Source: Patescibacteria group bacterium
Lineage (GTDB): Bacteria; Patescibacteriota; Microgenomatia; Levybacterales; GWA1-39-11
Direction: 5' to 3'
DNA: 64,000 nt
Assembly: GCA_035549295.1 (NCBI GenBank)
Contig: DASZRG010000051.1
Location: forward strand, 17,841-81,840
The notes under the pieces are model-generated. The model made no database searches, was not told the origin of the DNA, and was given only the letters and a program-made list of their open reading frames with translations. This document shows positions 1-9,385 of this stretch, piece after piece (within the stretch, counting starts at the first letter, position 1; every line of letters begins with the position of its first letter). Position numbers and translations under genes: made by a program.

Positions 1-819
1 GCGCTTCCAATTGTTCATGCTAAATCAGAAATCCTTAAAACAAATGTTGACGGAACAAGAAACGTGCTAGATGCTGCGCTTAAAAATAAAATCAAAAGAG
101 TAGTATTTATCTCTAGCACTGCTCTCTATGGAGTCCCAAAGAATCTACCGGAAACTGAAACAGACGAAATATCTCCAATCGGAAACTATGGAGAATCGAA
201 AATGATAGGAGAAGAATTATGTCTTCAGTACTTCAAGCGAGGGTTGTCAATAAACATTGTTAGACCCAAAACTTTCCTTGGACCCGAAAGGCTTGGCGTT
301 TTTACACTGTGGTTTGAGGCAATTTATCAAAATAAGCCCGTTTTTATTCTTGGTGATGGAAACAATCTCTATCAACTTCTTGACGTTACCGATCTTTGCG
401 ATTTGCTCCTTAATGCCTTACTTACAAAAAAAGATGGAGAAATATTTAATGCAGGAGCTAGCGTTTTTAGCACCTGGAGAAAAGATCTTGGAGCACTCAT
501 AAAACATGCAAAATCAAAATCTAAAATTATAGGTTTTCCCGTTTTACCTTCCCAGCTAGCCCTAGGAGCACTTGAAACATTCAATTTATCACCTATTGTT
601 GCTTGGCACTACAAAACGCTTCCAGTTAACTCATACGTGTCGACTGAGAAATCAAAAAAATACCTTAACTTTAAGCCCAAAAAGGGAAATCAGGATATAT
701 TCATCGAGAGTTATGATTGGTATAAAAAGCATCGCGAAGAATTTATAAATAAAACTGGCACAACTCATAGAACTATTTGGAATTTTAAGCTACTTGATAT
801 CCTAAACAAACTTGCATGA
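1..819 (+). CDS. NAD-dependent epimerase/dehydratase family protein (5'-truncated by window edge)
   Basis: The frame is open from nt 1. The C-terminal part of an extended short-chain dehydrogenase fold is present (…NVDGTRNVLDAA…VVFISSTALYG…YGESKMIGE…), with the YxxxK active-site context typical of sugar-nucleotide epimerases. Confidence 0.65.
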   Translation, partial: ALPIVHAKSEILKTNVDGTRNVLDAALKNKIKRVVFISSTALYGVPKNLPETETDEISPIGNYGESKMIGEELCLQYFKRGLSINIVRPKTFLGPERLGVFTLWFEAIYQNKPVFILGDGNNLYQLLDVTDLCDLLLNALLTKKDGEIFNAGASVFSTWRKDLGALIKHAKSKSKIIGFPVLPSQLALGALETFNLSPIVAWHYKTLPVNSYVSTEKSKKYLNFKPKKGNQDIFIESYDWYKKHREEFINKTGTTHRTIWNFKLLDILNKLA

Positions 820-1370
820 AGAAGCAAAAAATAGGCTTTGACTTTGACAAAGTATTCGTAGACTACCCACCTTTTGTACCAGATTTTATGATTGATTATT
901 TATACAAGAAGAAAAACAGTCACTTGAGCTATCGAATGCCAGGAGCTTTCGAGAAACAAATAAGAGTTTTCTCGCATCATAATTTTTTTAGACCTGCTAT
1001 TAAAACTAATATTGACTCCCTTTCTAAAATTTTAAAGAAAGGCAATATAGAAGCTTATATTGTATCGAGTAGATTTTCTTTCTTAAAAAGCCGTACCAAT
1101 GCTTGGATTAAAACAAACAAATTATCAAATCTCTTCAAGAAAATGTATTTTAATTTTGATGATAAGCAACCACACATATTTAAGGAGGAAGTGCTGAGAA
1201 ATGAAAATATAGACAAGTTTATTGATGATGACTTGGACTTGTTGCGATACCTGTCAAAAAGAAATCCCAAAATAGAATTTTTCTGGTTAAGTCAATATGG
1301 CAATGAACTTTCTTTACCCAAAAACATTACCCACATCAAAAATCTTAATGAATTCGTAAAATATGTTTAG
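816..1370 (+). CDS. HAD-superfamily hydrolase-like protein (putative)
   Basis: N-terminal 'IGFDFDKVF' matches HAD motif I (hhhDxDx[TV]). 'IDDDLD' near the C-terminus matches motif IV. The gene overlaps the upstream gene by 4 nt. Confidence 0.35.
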   Translation: MKKQKIGFDFDKVFVDYPPFVPDFMIDYLYKKKNSHLSYRMPGAFEKQIRVFSHHNFFRPAIKTNIDSLSKILKKGNIEAYIVSSRFSFLKSRTNAWIKTNKLSNLFKKMYFNFDDKQPHIFKEEVLRNENIDKFIDDDLDLLRYLSKRNPKIEFFWLSQYGNELSLPKNITHIKNLNEFVKYV

Positions 1371-3483
1371 CTCATCAGAAGTTCTATTCATTTTTCAATG
1401 GTGCGTTGTCCTTTTTGCACTAGGAATAATTTTTTTTCCATTTACCAATTCGGTATTTGAGCAATTCGTTGACCGCGGGTACCTTTTTTCAAAAGTTATA
1501 GCACTTGGAGCAATTTCGTATCTCTTGCTTGTATTAAACATTCTTCACATTCTTCAATTCGGATTCACTCCTATAATACTGGTCGCCTGGCTATACGTTC
1601 TTGTCATCTTTTTCGTCTTCAAAAAGAAAGTTAACAAAAAAAACATTCCTATAAAACTTATTATCTTTGAGGAAATAATCTTTATTATTGGGATTTTTAT
1701 TTGGAGTTTTATTAGAGCCCATGAACCAAGCATAAATGGACTTGAAAAATTCATGGACTTTGGCTTTGTAAACTCGATAATGAGAACAACCTATCAGCCA
1801 GCTGTTGACATGTGGTTTCCGCCATATCCGATAAACTATTATTATTTCGGACACCTTATAACTGCTGCTCTGACAACCCTTTCACTGCTCCCATCAAATA
1901 TAACTTACAACTTGATGATTGCGACGCTATTTTCTTTTTGTTTTTCTTTGTCTTTTTCACTTGGTATAAACTTAATCTCTATCAAAAAGCTGACAAGAAA
2001 GTCATTTGTAGGAGGCATACTCACAGCAGCTCTTGTTGCGCTAGCAGGAAATCTACATACAATTTATTCTTTCTTTAAAGCATATAATGTTGACAATCCG
2101 GTACCATTCTGGAATTTAAAATTTTTACCATCCTCCTTTCCCAATGACTATTGGTATCCCAATGCAACACGATTTATACCTTTTACAATTCATGAATTCC
2201 CTATTTATTCCTTCGTAGTCTCTGATCTACACGGTCATGTCACAGATATTATTTTTGTATTATTATCGATCGCGCTTCTATACAAATTCTTTTTGCAAAA
2301 AACAATTAATAAAGCATCACTTGCACTTTTCTCTCTCCTGTTAGCCATCATGTATATGACAAACGTATGGGATGCCCTTCTCTATATGACTCTTTTCTTC
2401 ATAATGATTGTGATAAAAAACCTTAGTGATTTAGAGTTTAATTTTAAAAAAATAAAGAAGGTAAACAGAACTGAAGTTGTTACAAAGATCTTTAAACCTA
2501 TTGTAGTTGTTTTTCTACTCTTTGTAGTATTTAGTCTTCCTTTTAACTTCTTCTTCAAGCCTTTTGCGTCTGGTGTTGGAATCTTGTGTGCACCAACATT
2601 CTTGACAAACATTGGAAAAATAGGTCCATTTCTTTTTGAAGCCAATCACTGTCAAAAATCCACATGGTGGGAATTGCTAACCCTATATGGATTTTTCTAT
2701 TTTTTTGTTTTTTCATTTTTAGTTTTTATTTTAAAAATCAAAAATAAAAAGAACATTGGCGCGGAAGACCTATTTATAATAGGGCTCATAACTCTCGCAA
2801 CTTTGTTAATAATAATTCCGGAATTTGTGTATGTTAAAGATATTTACCCACAGCACTATCGAGCAAACACTATGTTTAAGCTTGTTTATCAATCATTTAT
2901 TCTCCTTTCTTTATCGTCAGGTTATATCATCGTCAGAATATCAAGTAAAACAAAAAATTTACTCTTTCATTTACCAACAGTGATTCTCCTCGGACTTGTA
3001 TTCATATATCCATACTTTGCAGTAAAGGCATACTATGGCGATTTAAAATCATATTCTGGAATAGATGGTACAGTTTATCTTCAAACAAGATATCCAGACG
3101 ATTACGTTGCTATCGAATGGATTAATCGCAATATCAAAAACCGTCCAGTGATGGTCGAGGCGCAAGGTGATTCATACACTGACTATGAGCGAATATCTGC
3201 AAATACTGGTCTTCCAACAATTCTTGGCTGGACTGTTCACGAATGGTTATGGCGAGGAACATATGATATACCTGCGCCAAGAATAAGTGAAGTTAAAGAT
3301 ATTTACGAAAGTCACGATATAAATCTTACAAAGTCACTGCTAAAAAAATATGATGCAAAATATGTATATGTAGGAGGATTGGAACACCAAAAATATCCCG
3401 ATCTTTTTGAAGATAAATTCAAAAAAATCGGAACTATTGTCTTCCAACACAATCAAACTAGAATCTATAAACTAGCTATTTAG
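1363..3483 (+). CDS. Large polytopic membrane protein with C-terminal soluble domain (GT-C-like/DUF2298-like, putative glycosyltransferase)
   Basis: 706 aa with at least 12 predicted hydrophobic helices over the first ~520 aa, then a hydrophilic C-terminal domain. The architecture resembles GT-C fold membrane glycosyltransferases. I recognised no specific catalytic motif. Confidence 0.4.
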   Translation: MFSSSEVLFIFQWCVVLFALGIIFFPFTNSVFEQFVDRGYLFSKVIALGAISYLLLVLNILHILQFGFTPIILVAWLYVLVIFFVFKKKVNKKNIPIKLIIFEEIIFIIGIFIWSFIRAHEPSINGLEKFMDFGFVNSIMRTTYQPAVDMWFPPYPINYYYFGHLITAALTTLSLLPSNITYNLMIATLFSFCFSLSFSLGINLISIKKLTRKSFVGGILTAALVALAGNLHTIYSFFKAYNVDNPVPFWNLKFLPSSFPNDYWYPNATRFIPFTIHEFPIYSFVVSDLHGHVTDIIFVLLSIALLYKFFLQKTINKASLALFSLLLAIMYMTNVWDALLYMTLFFIMIVIKNLSDLEFNFKKIKKVNRTEVVTKIFKPIVVVFLLFVVFSLPFNFFFKPFASGVGILCAPTFLTNIGKIGPFLFEANHCQKSTWWELLTLYGFFYFFVFSFLVFILKIKNKKNIGAEDLFIIGLITLATLLIIIPEFVYVKDIYPQHYRANTMFKLVYQSFILLSLSSGYIIVRISSKTKNLLFHLPTVILLGLVFIYPYFAVKAYYGDLKSYSGIDGTVYLQTRYPDDYVAIEWINRNIKNRPVMVEAQGDSYTDYERISANTGLPTILGWTVHEWLWRGTYDIPAPRISEVKDIYESHDINLTKSLLKKYDAKYVYVGGLEHQKYPDLFEDKFKKIGTIVFQHNQTRIYKLAI

Positions 3484-4600
3484 AAGACTGCGGAGTAGGA
3501 GTCGCTATTATCAAATTGTTTTTCCCGACTGAACAAACAAGCCCATCAGCAATACACTTAACGTAACTCTGAATTTCAGTGAAATTTCCATCACCTACGC
3601 GAGGGGCTAGAATGAATTGAAATTGCTTGTCAGCCGTAGGCTCTGGGATAGTAAGAAGACCGTACGTTCCACGCAAGTTGTCATCAGAATCAATAACAAA
3701 ACTTTGTATCTTAGCGTTTTGCATTCTCCTTGCTAGATTTATAAAGTCGTCAAACTCGCTCACCTGAATATCTGTATTAATGTTATCTTTTACAATATTA
3801 AAAATGCCAAGCACCTTTACTGGATTTAAAATTATCCCAAGAGATAATACCTTCGTCCGAATTGCAGATATGACTTCTTGCTGGCGTCTGCTTCTTGCAA
3901 AGTCGCTTCCTTCCTCACCAACGCCATGCCTTGAGCGAGAAAATTCGAGCGCTGTCTCACCATCCATATGCTGCGTACCAGCCTCAACATGAAGATGTTT
4001 ATAACGACAGGAGAAATATTGCCAAAGATCCTGCTCAGCAGAAACTGTGGCAGTATACTCTTGGATATCGGTATCTTGATGACCACAATTATCAGTCTCT
4101 TTTCCTTCAATCGGATAGTTATAGTCATCTAGAGTACTCGCTACATTGACGTCTATTCCACCTAGGTAATCGACTAGCTTCACAAAACCAGAAAAATCAA
4201 TAACTACTGCATAGTCTATATTCTGACCAGTGACTTTTTCAACGATTGCTTTTGTTAAAAACAGACCTTGATTGTTTATTTTTTGACCATCAGCATAAAC
4301 AGAATTTATTTTACCTGCCTTATCAGACAATATGCTAGGTATCCAAAGATCGCGTGGAATTGAAACAAGGTCAGCTCGATTTTTATCTGGGTTTATCATA
4401 GCAAGCATCATCGTGTCGGTAAGATCCGGCCCATCATGCGTACCACCGCCGCGACCAAGGAGAAGAATATTAATATTCCCACTCTTTTCGCTCTTGAGTT
4501 GTATCTTTTGATTGAATACAAATTTGTTTAGAACTACACCAAAGCCAACAATCAAAACCACAACAATAATAAGCGTAATAAGATTGTTTTTTCTATGCAT
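3476..4600 (-). CDS. LytR-CpsA-Psr (LCP) family cell-envelope phosphotransferase
   Basis: N-terminal TM anchor followed by 'NILLLGRGGGTHDGPDLTDTMMLAMINPDKNRADLVSIPRDLWIP', the LCP-domain signature. I trimmed the start to the Met 20 codons downstream of the ORF-track start to avoid overlap with tpiA. Confidence 0.8.
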   Translation of the reverse strand: MHRKNNLITLIIVVVLIVGFGVVLNKFVFNQKIQLKSEKSGNINILLLGRGGGTHDGPDLTDTMMLAMINPDKNRADLVSIPRDLWIPSILSDKAGKINSVYADGQKINNQGLFLTKAIVEKVTGQNIDYAVVIDFSGFVKLVDYLGGIDVNVASTLDDYNYPIEGKETDNCGHQDTDIQEYTATVSAEQDLWQYFSCRYKHLHVEAGTQHMDGETALEFSRSRHGVGEEGSDFARSRRQQEVISAIRTKVLSLGIILNPVKVLGIFNIVKDNINTDIQVSEFDDFINLARRMQNAKIQSFVIDSDDNLRGTYGLLTIPEPTADKQFQFILAPRVGDGNFTEIQSYVKCIADGLVCSVGKNNLIIATPTPQSSK

Positions 4601-5252
4601 TTTTAATAATCGAAGAGAACCCAGAAGGATTGAGGCTCGCACCACCAACCAAAACACCACCTATATTTACACACGATGTAAACTGATTAACGTTTTCGGC
4701 AGTTACACTACCGCCATAGAGAACAATTCCCCCTTCATGTTTTGCTCGTATTACAGCAGCTACACGATCCGCATTCTCAGGAGTGTCGGGATGTCCAGTA
4801 CCAATCGCTTCAACTGGTTCATAGGCCACTATTTTGACACCTTGAGGAATAGGAGTATCCTCGTTTTGTACGCAAAAAATTATTTCTATACCAGCGCTTT
4901 GTGCTTTCTCGCATTTTTTACTTAAAAGCTCATCCGTTTCACCAAAATATTTTCGTCTTTCTGAGTGACCAATAATTGTAAATTTTACAAGCTCTTTGAT
5001 TTGACTTGCTGACACTTCGCCCGTAAATGCTCCATCATCAAATGGAGATATATCCTGAACCCCCGAATCAATTTTAAGATTGTTTGTCGCTATGAAATTT
5101 GAAAGTGTCGACACTGACAAATAGGGCGGGCATATTACTACTTGCACATCATCTCGAGCTATATATAAATCCTTAAATTCATTTAGAAAATTGTTTGTAT
5201 CCTCAATTGTCTTGTTGCTTTTCCAGTTAGCTACGATAAAGAGATTGACCAT
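4593..5252 (-). CDS. tpiA: Triosephosphate isomerase
   Basis: 'VANWKSNKT', 'IIGHSERR' and 'AYEPVEAIGTGHPDTPE' are canonical TIM motifs (N-terminal Lys, His-Ser-Glu-Arg, EPxWAIGTG). Confidence 0.85.
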   Translation of the reverse strand: MVNLFIVANWKSNKTIEDTNNFLNEFKDLYIARDDVQVVICPPYLSVSTLSNFIATNNLKIDSGVQDISPFDDGAFTGEVSASQIKELVKFTIIGHSERRKYFGETDELLSKKCEKAQSAGIEIIFCVQNEDTPIPQGVKIVAYEPVEAIGTGHPDTPENADRVAAVIRAKHEGGIVLYGGSVTAENVNQFTSCVNIGGVLVGGASLNPSGFSSIIKNA

Positions 5253-5298
5253 ATGGTAGAATTGAATTTACCCCGATTACCAACAATTATAGCAAGTT

Positions 5299-7146
5299 AT
5301 GAATGACATTCTCAATAAATTAAATAAGGAACAGCAAGCAGCCGTGATCCAAACCGAAGGTCCCGTAATTGTTCTTGCGGGTGCTGGAAGCGGAAAAACG
5401 AGAGTTCTTGTAAACCGAGCTTTATATCTTGTCCTTGAGAAAAAAGTAAACCCATCAAATATTCTTCTTGTCACGTTTACCAATAAGGCAGCGGGGGAGA
5501 TGTTAGCAAGAATTACAAATGTTTTCGCAGACCACAACATCTCAGACCAGCCCACAGTTGGAACGTTTCATGCAATATGCAGTAAAATTCTGAGACGAGA
5601 TGGGAAGAATATAGGAATTGGAATAGGTTTCCAAATTTTTGATACACAAGACCAGCTTGAAACAATTAAGGAAGCCTTTGAGTTCCTTGATATTTCAGCA
5701 AAGGAAGTAAAACCAAGATCTATCCTCGCAACAATTTCCCAAGCAAAAAACCAAATGATAACACCTACTATGTATGAGTCTTTCGCTCGCGGGTATTTTC
5801 AAGAGACAGTCGCCAAAGTCTATCCTGTTTATGAAGGCCTCCTAAAAGACCACGAAGCATTAGATTTTGATGATTTGATGCTAAAAACAATCGAACTTTT
5901 CAAAAAAGATCCAGCAACTCTTGAGCGGTACCAAAATAAATTTGAATATATTATGGTCGATGAATATCAAGATACAAATGAGGCCCAGTTCCAACTAACA
6001 AAAATTATCGGTGGCAAATCAAGAAATATTTGCATAGTTGGAGACTTCTCGCAAAGCATTTACAGCTTCCGAGGCGCCGACTTTAGGAATCTTGAAAAAT
6101 TCAAGAAGGATTTTCCAGACGCCTTAACCTTCCCACTTTCTCAAAATTATCGGTCTACCCAAAATATTTTAGATGCAGCCTATTCTATTATCTCCAATAA
6201 CACAATGCATCCTGTTCTCTCACTGTGGACTCAAAATCGTGAAGGAGATGAGATAGTAATATTCCAGGCACACTCAGAGCAAAATGAAGCTGAATACATA
6301 ATCGAACAAGTTTATCGCGCAAGAAGAAATAATCCAAGTTTAAAATTTTCTGACTTTGCAGTTCTCTACAGAACGAATGCACAATCACGCGCTATTGAGG
6401 AAACATTTCTGCATAATTCCATCCCCTACATACTTGTTGGAGGAGTTCGCTTTTATGAACGAAAGGAAATAAAAGATGTTCTTTCGTATTTATCGTACCT
6501 TGCTAACCAAAAAAACAAAGTTGCACTAAAGAGGATAACTAAAATTGGAAAAAGAAGAACAGAGAAATTTTTGGATTATGTTAATGACGCAAACGAAAGA
6601 GGTTACCAAGACAATAAAAGTACACTCGAACTACTTGATGAAATTGTCAACAAGACCTCATATACAGATCTGTATGATCAAAAAGACCCTGAAGATAAGG
6701 CGAGAATTGAAAATATAAAAGAGCTTCGATCAGTGGCCGTAGAATTCACAAATTTGAATCAATTCCTCGAAAATGTGGCGCTAGTTGAACAGGAATACAT
6801 GCCAGATAAAAAGTCCGTTGAAAGTCGAGATGCAATTACCCTTATGACAATGCATGCTGCAAAAGGTCTTGAATTTAATATTGTTTTTATCGTCGGTATG
6901 GAAGAGGGACTTTTTCCACATTCGCAATCTATGCTTGATACAGGGGAGCTTGAAGAAGAAAGAAGACTCATGTATGTTGGGGTCACTCGCGCTCGCGAAA
7001 AATTATTTTTAACTTTTGCAAAAAGACGTTTGTTTTTTGGACAAAGCGTAAGTAACTCTATTTCTAGATTTATCTACGAATTACCTCAGGAGGTGCTCAA
7101 GAAAAATTTTGTCGTCAAGCAAGATGATGAACCGGGTTGGATGTAG
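5299..7146 (+). CDS. ATP-dependent DNA helicase, UvrD/PcrA/Rep family
   Basis: Walker A 'LAGAGSGKTRVL', motif II 'IMVDEYQDTN', and the 'YRST' and 'TxHxAKGLEF' motifs of SF1A helicases. Confidence 0.85.
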   Translation: MNDILNKLNKEQQAAVIQTEGPVIVLAGAGSGKTRVLVNRALYLVLEKKVNPSNILLVTFTNKAAGEMLARITNVFADHNISDQPTVGTFHAICSKILRRDGKNIGIGIGFQIFDTQDQLETIKEAFEFLDISAKEVKPRSILATISQAKNQMITPTMYESFARGYFQETVAKVYPVYEGLLKDHEALDFDDLMLKTIELFKKDPATLERYQNKFEYIMVDEYQDTNEAQFQLTKIIGGKSRNICIVGDFSQSIYSFRGADFRNLEKFKKDFPDALTFPLSQNYRSTQNILDAAYSIISNNTMHPVLSLWTQNREGDEIVIFQAHSEQNEAEYIIEQVYRARRNNPSLKFSDFAVLYRTNAQSRAIEETFLHNSIPYILVGGVRFYERKEIKDVLSYLSYLANQKNKVALKRITKIGKRRTEKFLDYVNDANERGYQDNKSTLELLDEIVNKTSYTDLYDQKDPEDKARIENIKELRSVAVEFTNLNQFLENVALVEQEYMPDKKSVESRDAITLMTMHAAKGLEFNIVFIVGMEEGLFPHSQSMLDTGELEEERRLMYVGVTRAREKLFLTFAKRRLFFGQSVSNSISRFIYELPQEVLKKNFVVKQDDEPGWM

Positions 7147-7223
7147 AATATTAACGAAAACAACCAATTGACAAATTTACACATTGACTTTAACTACAAA
7201 TAGAAGAATGTGTAAAATGGTGT

Positions 7224-8258
7224 ATGGGAGAATTTATTGATATTGTTGAGTCAAGAAAAGATGAATACAACGAGGTAGTTAGCCACCCTCTGCAGTCTTT
7301 TGAGTGGGGAGAATTTAGAAAAAAAACCGGAGTTAGAGTCATTCGAAAAGTACTAGTGAAGAATGAAAAAATAGTTGACGGATTCACACTAACAATCCAC
7401 AGAGTTCCTAAAATTAATCTAAACATTGGTTATCTACCTAAGGGAAATAAACCCACAAAAGAAATATTGGAAGAACTCGTAAGAATAGGCAAAGAAGAAA
7501 ACTGCATATTCGTTCAACTCGAGCCGAATTTGGTCAATGGTCAATGGTCAATGGTAAATGGTTTTAACTTGAGACCAGCGGCGCATCCTCTTATTACAAA
7601 ATATACATTTGTGCTGGATCTAACCCACTCTGAACAAGAGTTACTCGCAGCAATGCATTCGAAAACTCGATACAACATACGCGTTGCTGAAAAACATGGT
7701 GTAAAAGTAACCGAAGATAACTCTAAAGAGTCATTTGAAAATTACTTAAAACTCATTGAGGAAACAACCTCTCGACAAGGCTTTTATGCACACACTCCGT
7801 CCTACCACAGGAAAATGTTCGAAACGTTAAGTCAAAAATCAAATGTCAAAAATCAAACGTCATTGACTTATCATTTGTTAACCGCAAAATATAAAAACAC
7901 AACACTCACCTCATGGGTACTTTTTGTTTTCCATGATACCCTTTATTATCCTTATGGCGCATCAAGTCGAGAGAATAGAGAAACAATGTCTAACAATTTA
8001 GTTGCTTGGGAAGCAATAAAGTTTGGAAAAAAACTCGGCTTAAAATATTTTGATATGTGGGGCGCACTAGGACCAAATCCTGATAAAAATGACCCATGGT
8101 TTGGTTTCCATAGATTCAAAGAAGGATATGGCCCCACCCACACTGAATTTGTAGGAAGTTTTGACCTTATCATAAAACCCAACGAATACGAATTATATAA
8201 AGTGGCCGATAAACTGAGGTGGGGGGTTTTGAGAGTCTTAAAAAAGTTTAAAAAATAA
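7224..8258 (+). CDS. FemAB-family peptidoglycan interpeptide-bridge peptidyltransferase (FemX-like)
   Basis: 'MHSKTRYNIRVAEKHGVKV' and '…FHDTLYYPYGASS…' resemble the conserved blocks of the FemAB/MurM family. The size (344 aa) fits. Confidence 0.55.
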   Translation: MGEFIDIVESRKDEYNEVVSHPLQSFEWGEFRKKTGVRVIRKVLVKNEKIVDGFTLTIHRVPKINLNIGYLPKGNKPTKEILEELVRIGKEENCIFVQLEPNLVNGQWSMVNGFNLRPAAHPLITKYTFVLDLTHSEQELLAAMHSKTRYNIRVAEKHGVKVTEDNSKESFENYLKLIEETTSRQGFYAHTPSYHRKMFETLSQKSNVKNQTSLTYHLLTAKYKNTTLTSWVLFVFHDTLYYPYGASSRENRETMSNNLVAWEAIKFGKKLGLKYFDMWGALGPNPDKNDPWFGFHRFKEGYGPTHTEFVGSFDLIIKPNEYELYKVADKLRWGVLRVLKKFKK

Positions 8259-8261
8259 CTT

Positions 8262-8696
8262 TTAAAAGCTAGGATTTGCATCGTGCAACATAACTAGCTG
8301 AGCAAGATGTTCTGAGGTGTGTGCGGTCACAAAAATGAGTCCTCCCCCAACACTATCAATCACAAAGTCTCCCATGTTTATTTCTTCCTTTAGTTTTTCA
8401 TTAAGGTCTAAATCTTTATCTATTAAGTCTTGAGTCGCTTGAATCGCTAAGTCTATTGATTTATTTATTTCTGAAACATCATGATCGCTGGTTAATTCAC
8501 TGTCTTTGTCACGAGGAAATTCTCCACCTGAAATCCTAACTCTCAAGAAGAAGTTAGCCGACTGTGAGGCATGGAAAGCTACTTGAGAAGCTTTTGTTCC
8601 TTCCTTAAATATTTGTCGATTAACATCAATTTCTGAAACCGTGCTTTTAAGAGTTTTTAAATAGCCAAGTAATCTTTGCGCTGGATGATTCTTCAT
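8262..8696 (-). CDS. Hypothetical protein
   Basis: 144-aa ORF with no overlap problems. I recognise no motif. Confidence 0.3.
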   Translation of the reverse strand: MKNHPAQRLLGYLKTLKSTVSEIDVNRQIFKEGTKASQVAFHASQSANFFLRVRISGGEFPRDKDSELTSDHDVSEINKSIDLAIQATQDLIDKDLDLNEKLKEEINMGDFVIDSVGGGLIFVTAHTSEHLAQLVMLHDANPSF

Positions 8697-8714
8697 TTTC
8701 TTTATTATAACAGT

Positions 8715-9266
8715 TTAGGTAATTTTGTAAAAATGCATTTGTGATCTTGTGTCTGACCCTATGTATTTCATTTTATCGCCTTTTTTTATCTTAAACTTAT
8801 AACGATAACTTATAATTCTCGTGCCTTTTTTTAACTCTGAAAACAATTTAGGTTTTAACTTTTCAAGAACCGAAGGCACAAGATAAGCAAATACGACTGT
8901 TGCGGAATTTAGTTTATAGTCAAAAAAATTACCATGTCTTAATTCAACTTTACTACTAACACCATTTAGCATTGCGTTAAACGTTGCAATAATGTGGCGA
9001 ATATAGTCTATCTCAATGCCAACGCATTTTGCGCCAACTTTTTTTGCGCAAGTGACTAAAAATGTTGCATCGCCACTACCGAGTTCGAAAACTTTATCAT
9101 CAGAACCAATATCCGCAAGCTTTATTGCCGCTAACGCTTTTTTGCCATTGGTCCTCCACCACAGACTCCAAGGACTATCAGGCGGCCATACCCACCAAAT
9201 AACAATAAGCCCAACAATAATAACGATCGAAAAAAAGACGTTGATAAATATAAAACCAAAATTCAT
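8715..9266 (-). CDS. Membrane-anchored class I SAM-dependent methyltransferase
   Basis: N-terminal TM helix, then 'VFELGSGDATFLVTCAKK…CVGIEID', a motif I (hhhDhGxGxG)-like Rossmann methyltransferase. There is no DPPY/NPPY motif, so it is probably not a DNA N-methyltransferase. Confidence 0.5.
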   Translation of the reverse strand: MNFGFIFINVFFSIVIIVGLIVIWWVWPPDSPWSLWWRTNGKKALAAIKLADIGSDDKVFELGSGDATFLVTCAKKVGAKCVGIEIDYIRHIIATFNAMLNGVSSKVELRHGNFFDYKLNSATVVFAYLVPSVLEKLKPKLFSELKKGTRIISYRYKFKIKKGDKMKYIGSDTRSQMHFYKIT

Positions 9267-9385
9267 ATTTGCGATAATACATTAATGCATTAATGTATTA
9301 TCATTTCAAGAGCAAGAGATATTAAATTGTCGAATGGCTAGATGGTTAAATTGCTAAATTGTTAAATAGTTAAATAACTGAATGG

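Noticed and set aside
257-584. Short ORFs (257..502 +, 372..584 -) inside the epimerase gene
   Set aside because: They are fully nested in another frame or antisense within a well-supported CDS. They have no motifs and atypical composition.
3780-4149. Four 70-98-aa ORFs overlapping the LCP gene on both strands
   Set aside because: They are nested in the LCP coding region, which has clear family motifs. They are likely chance ORFs.
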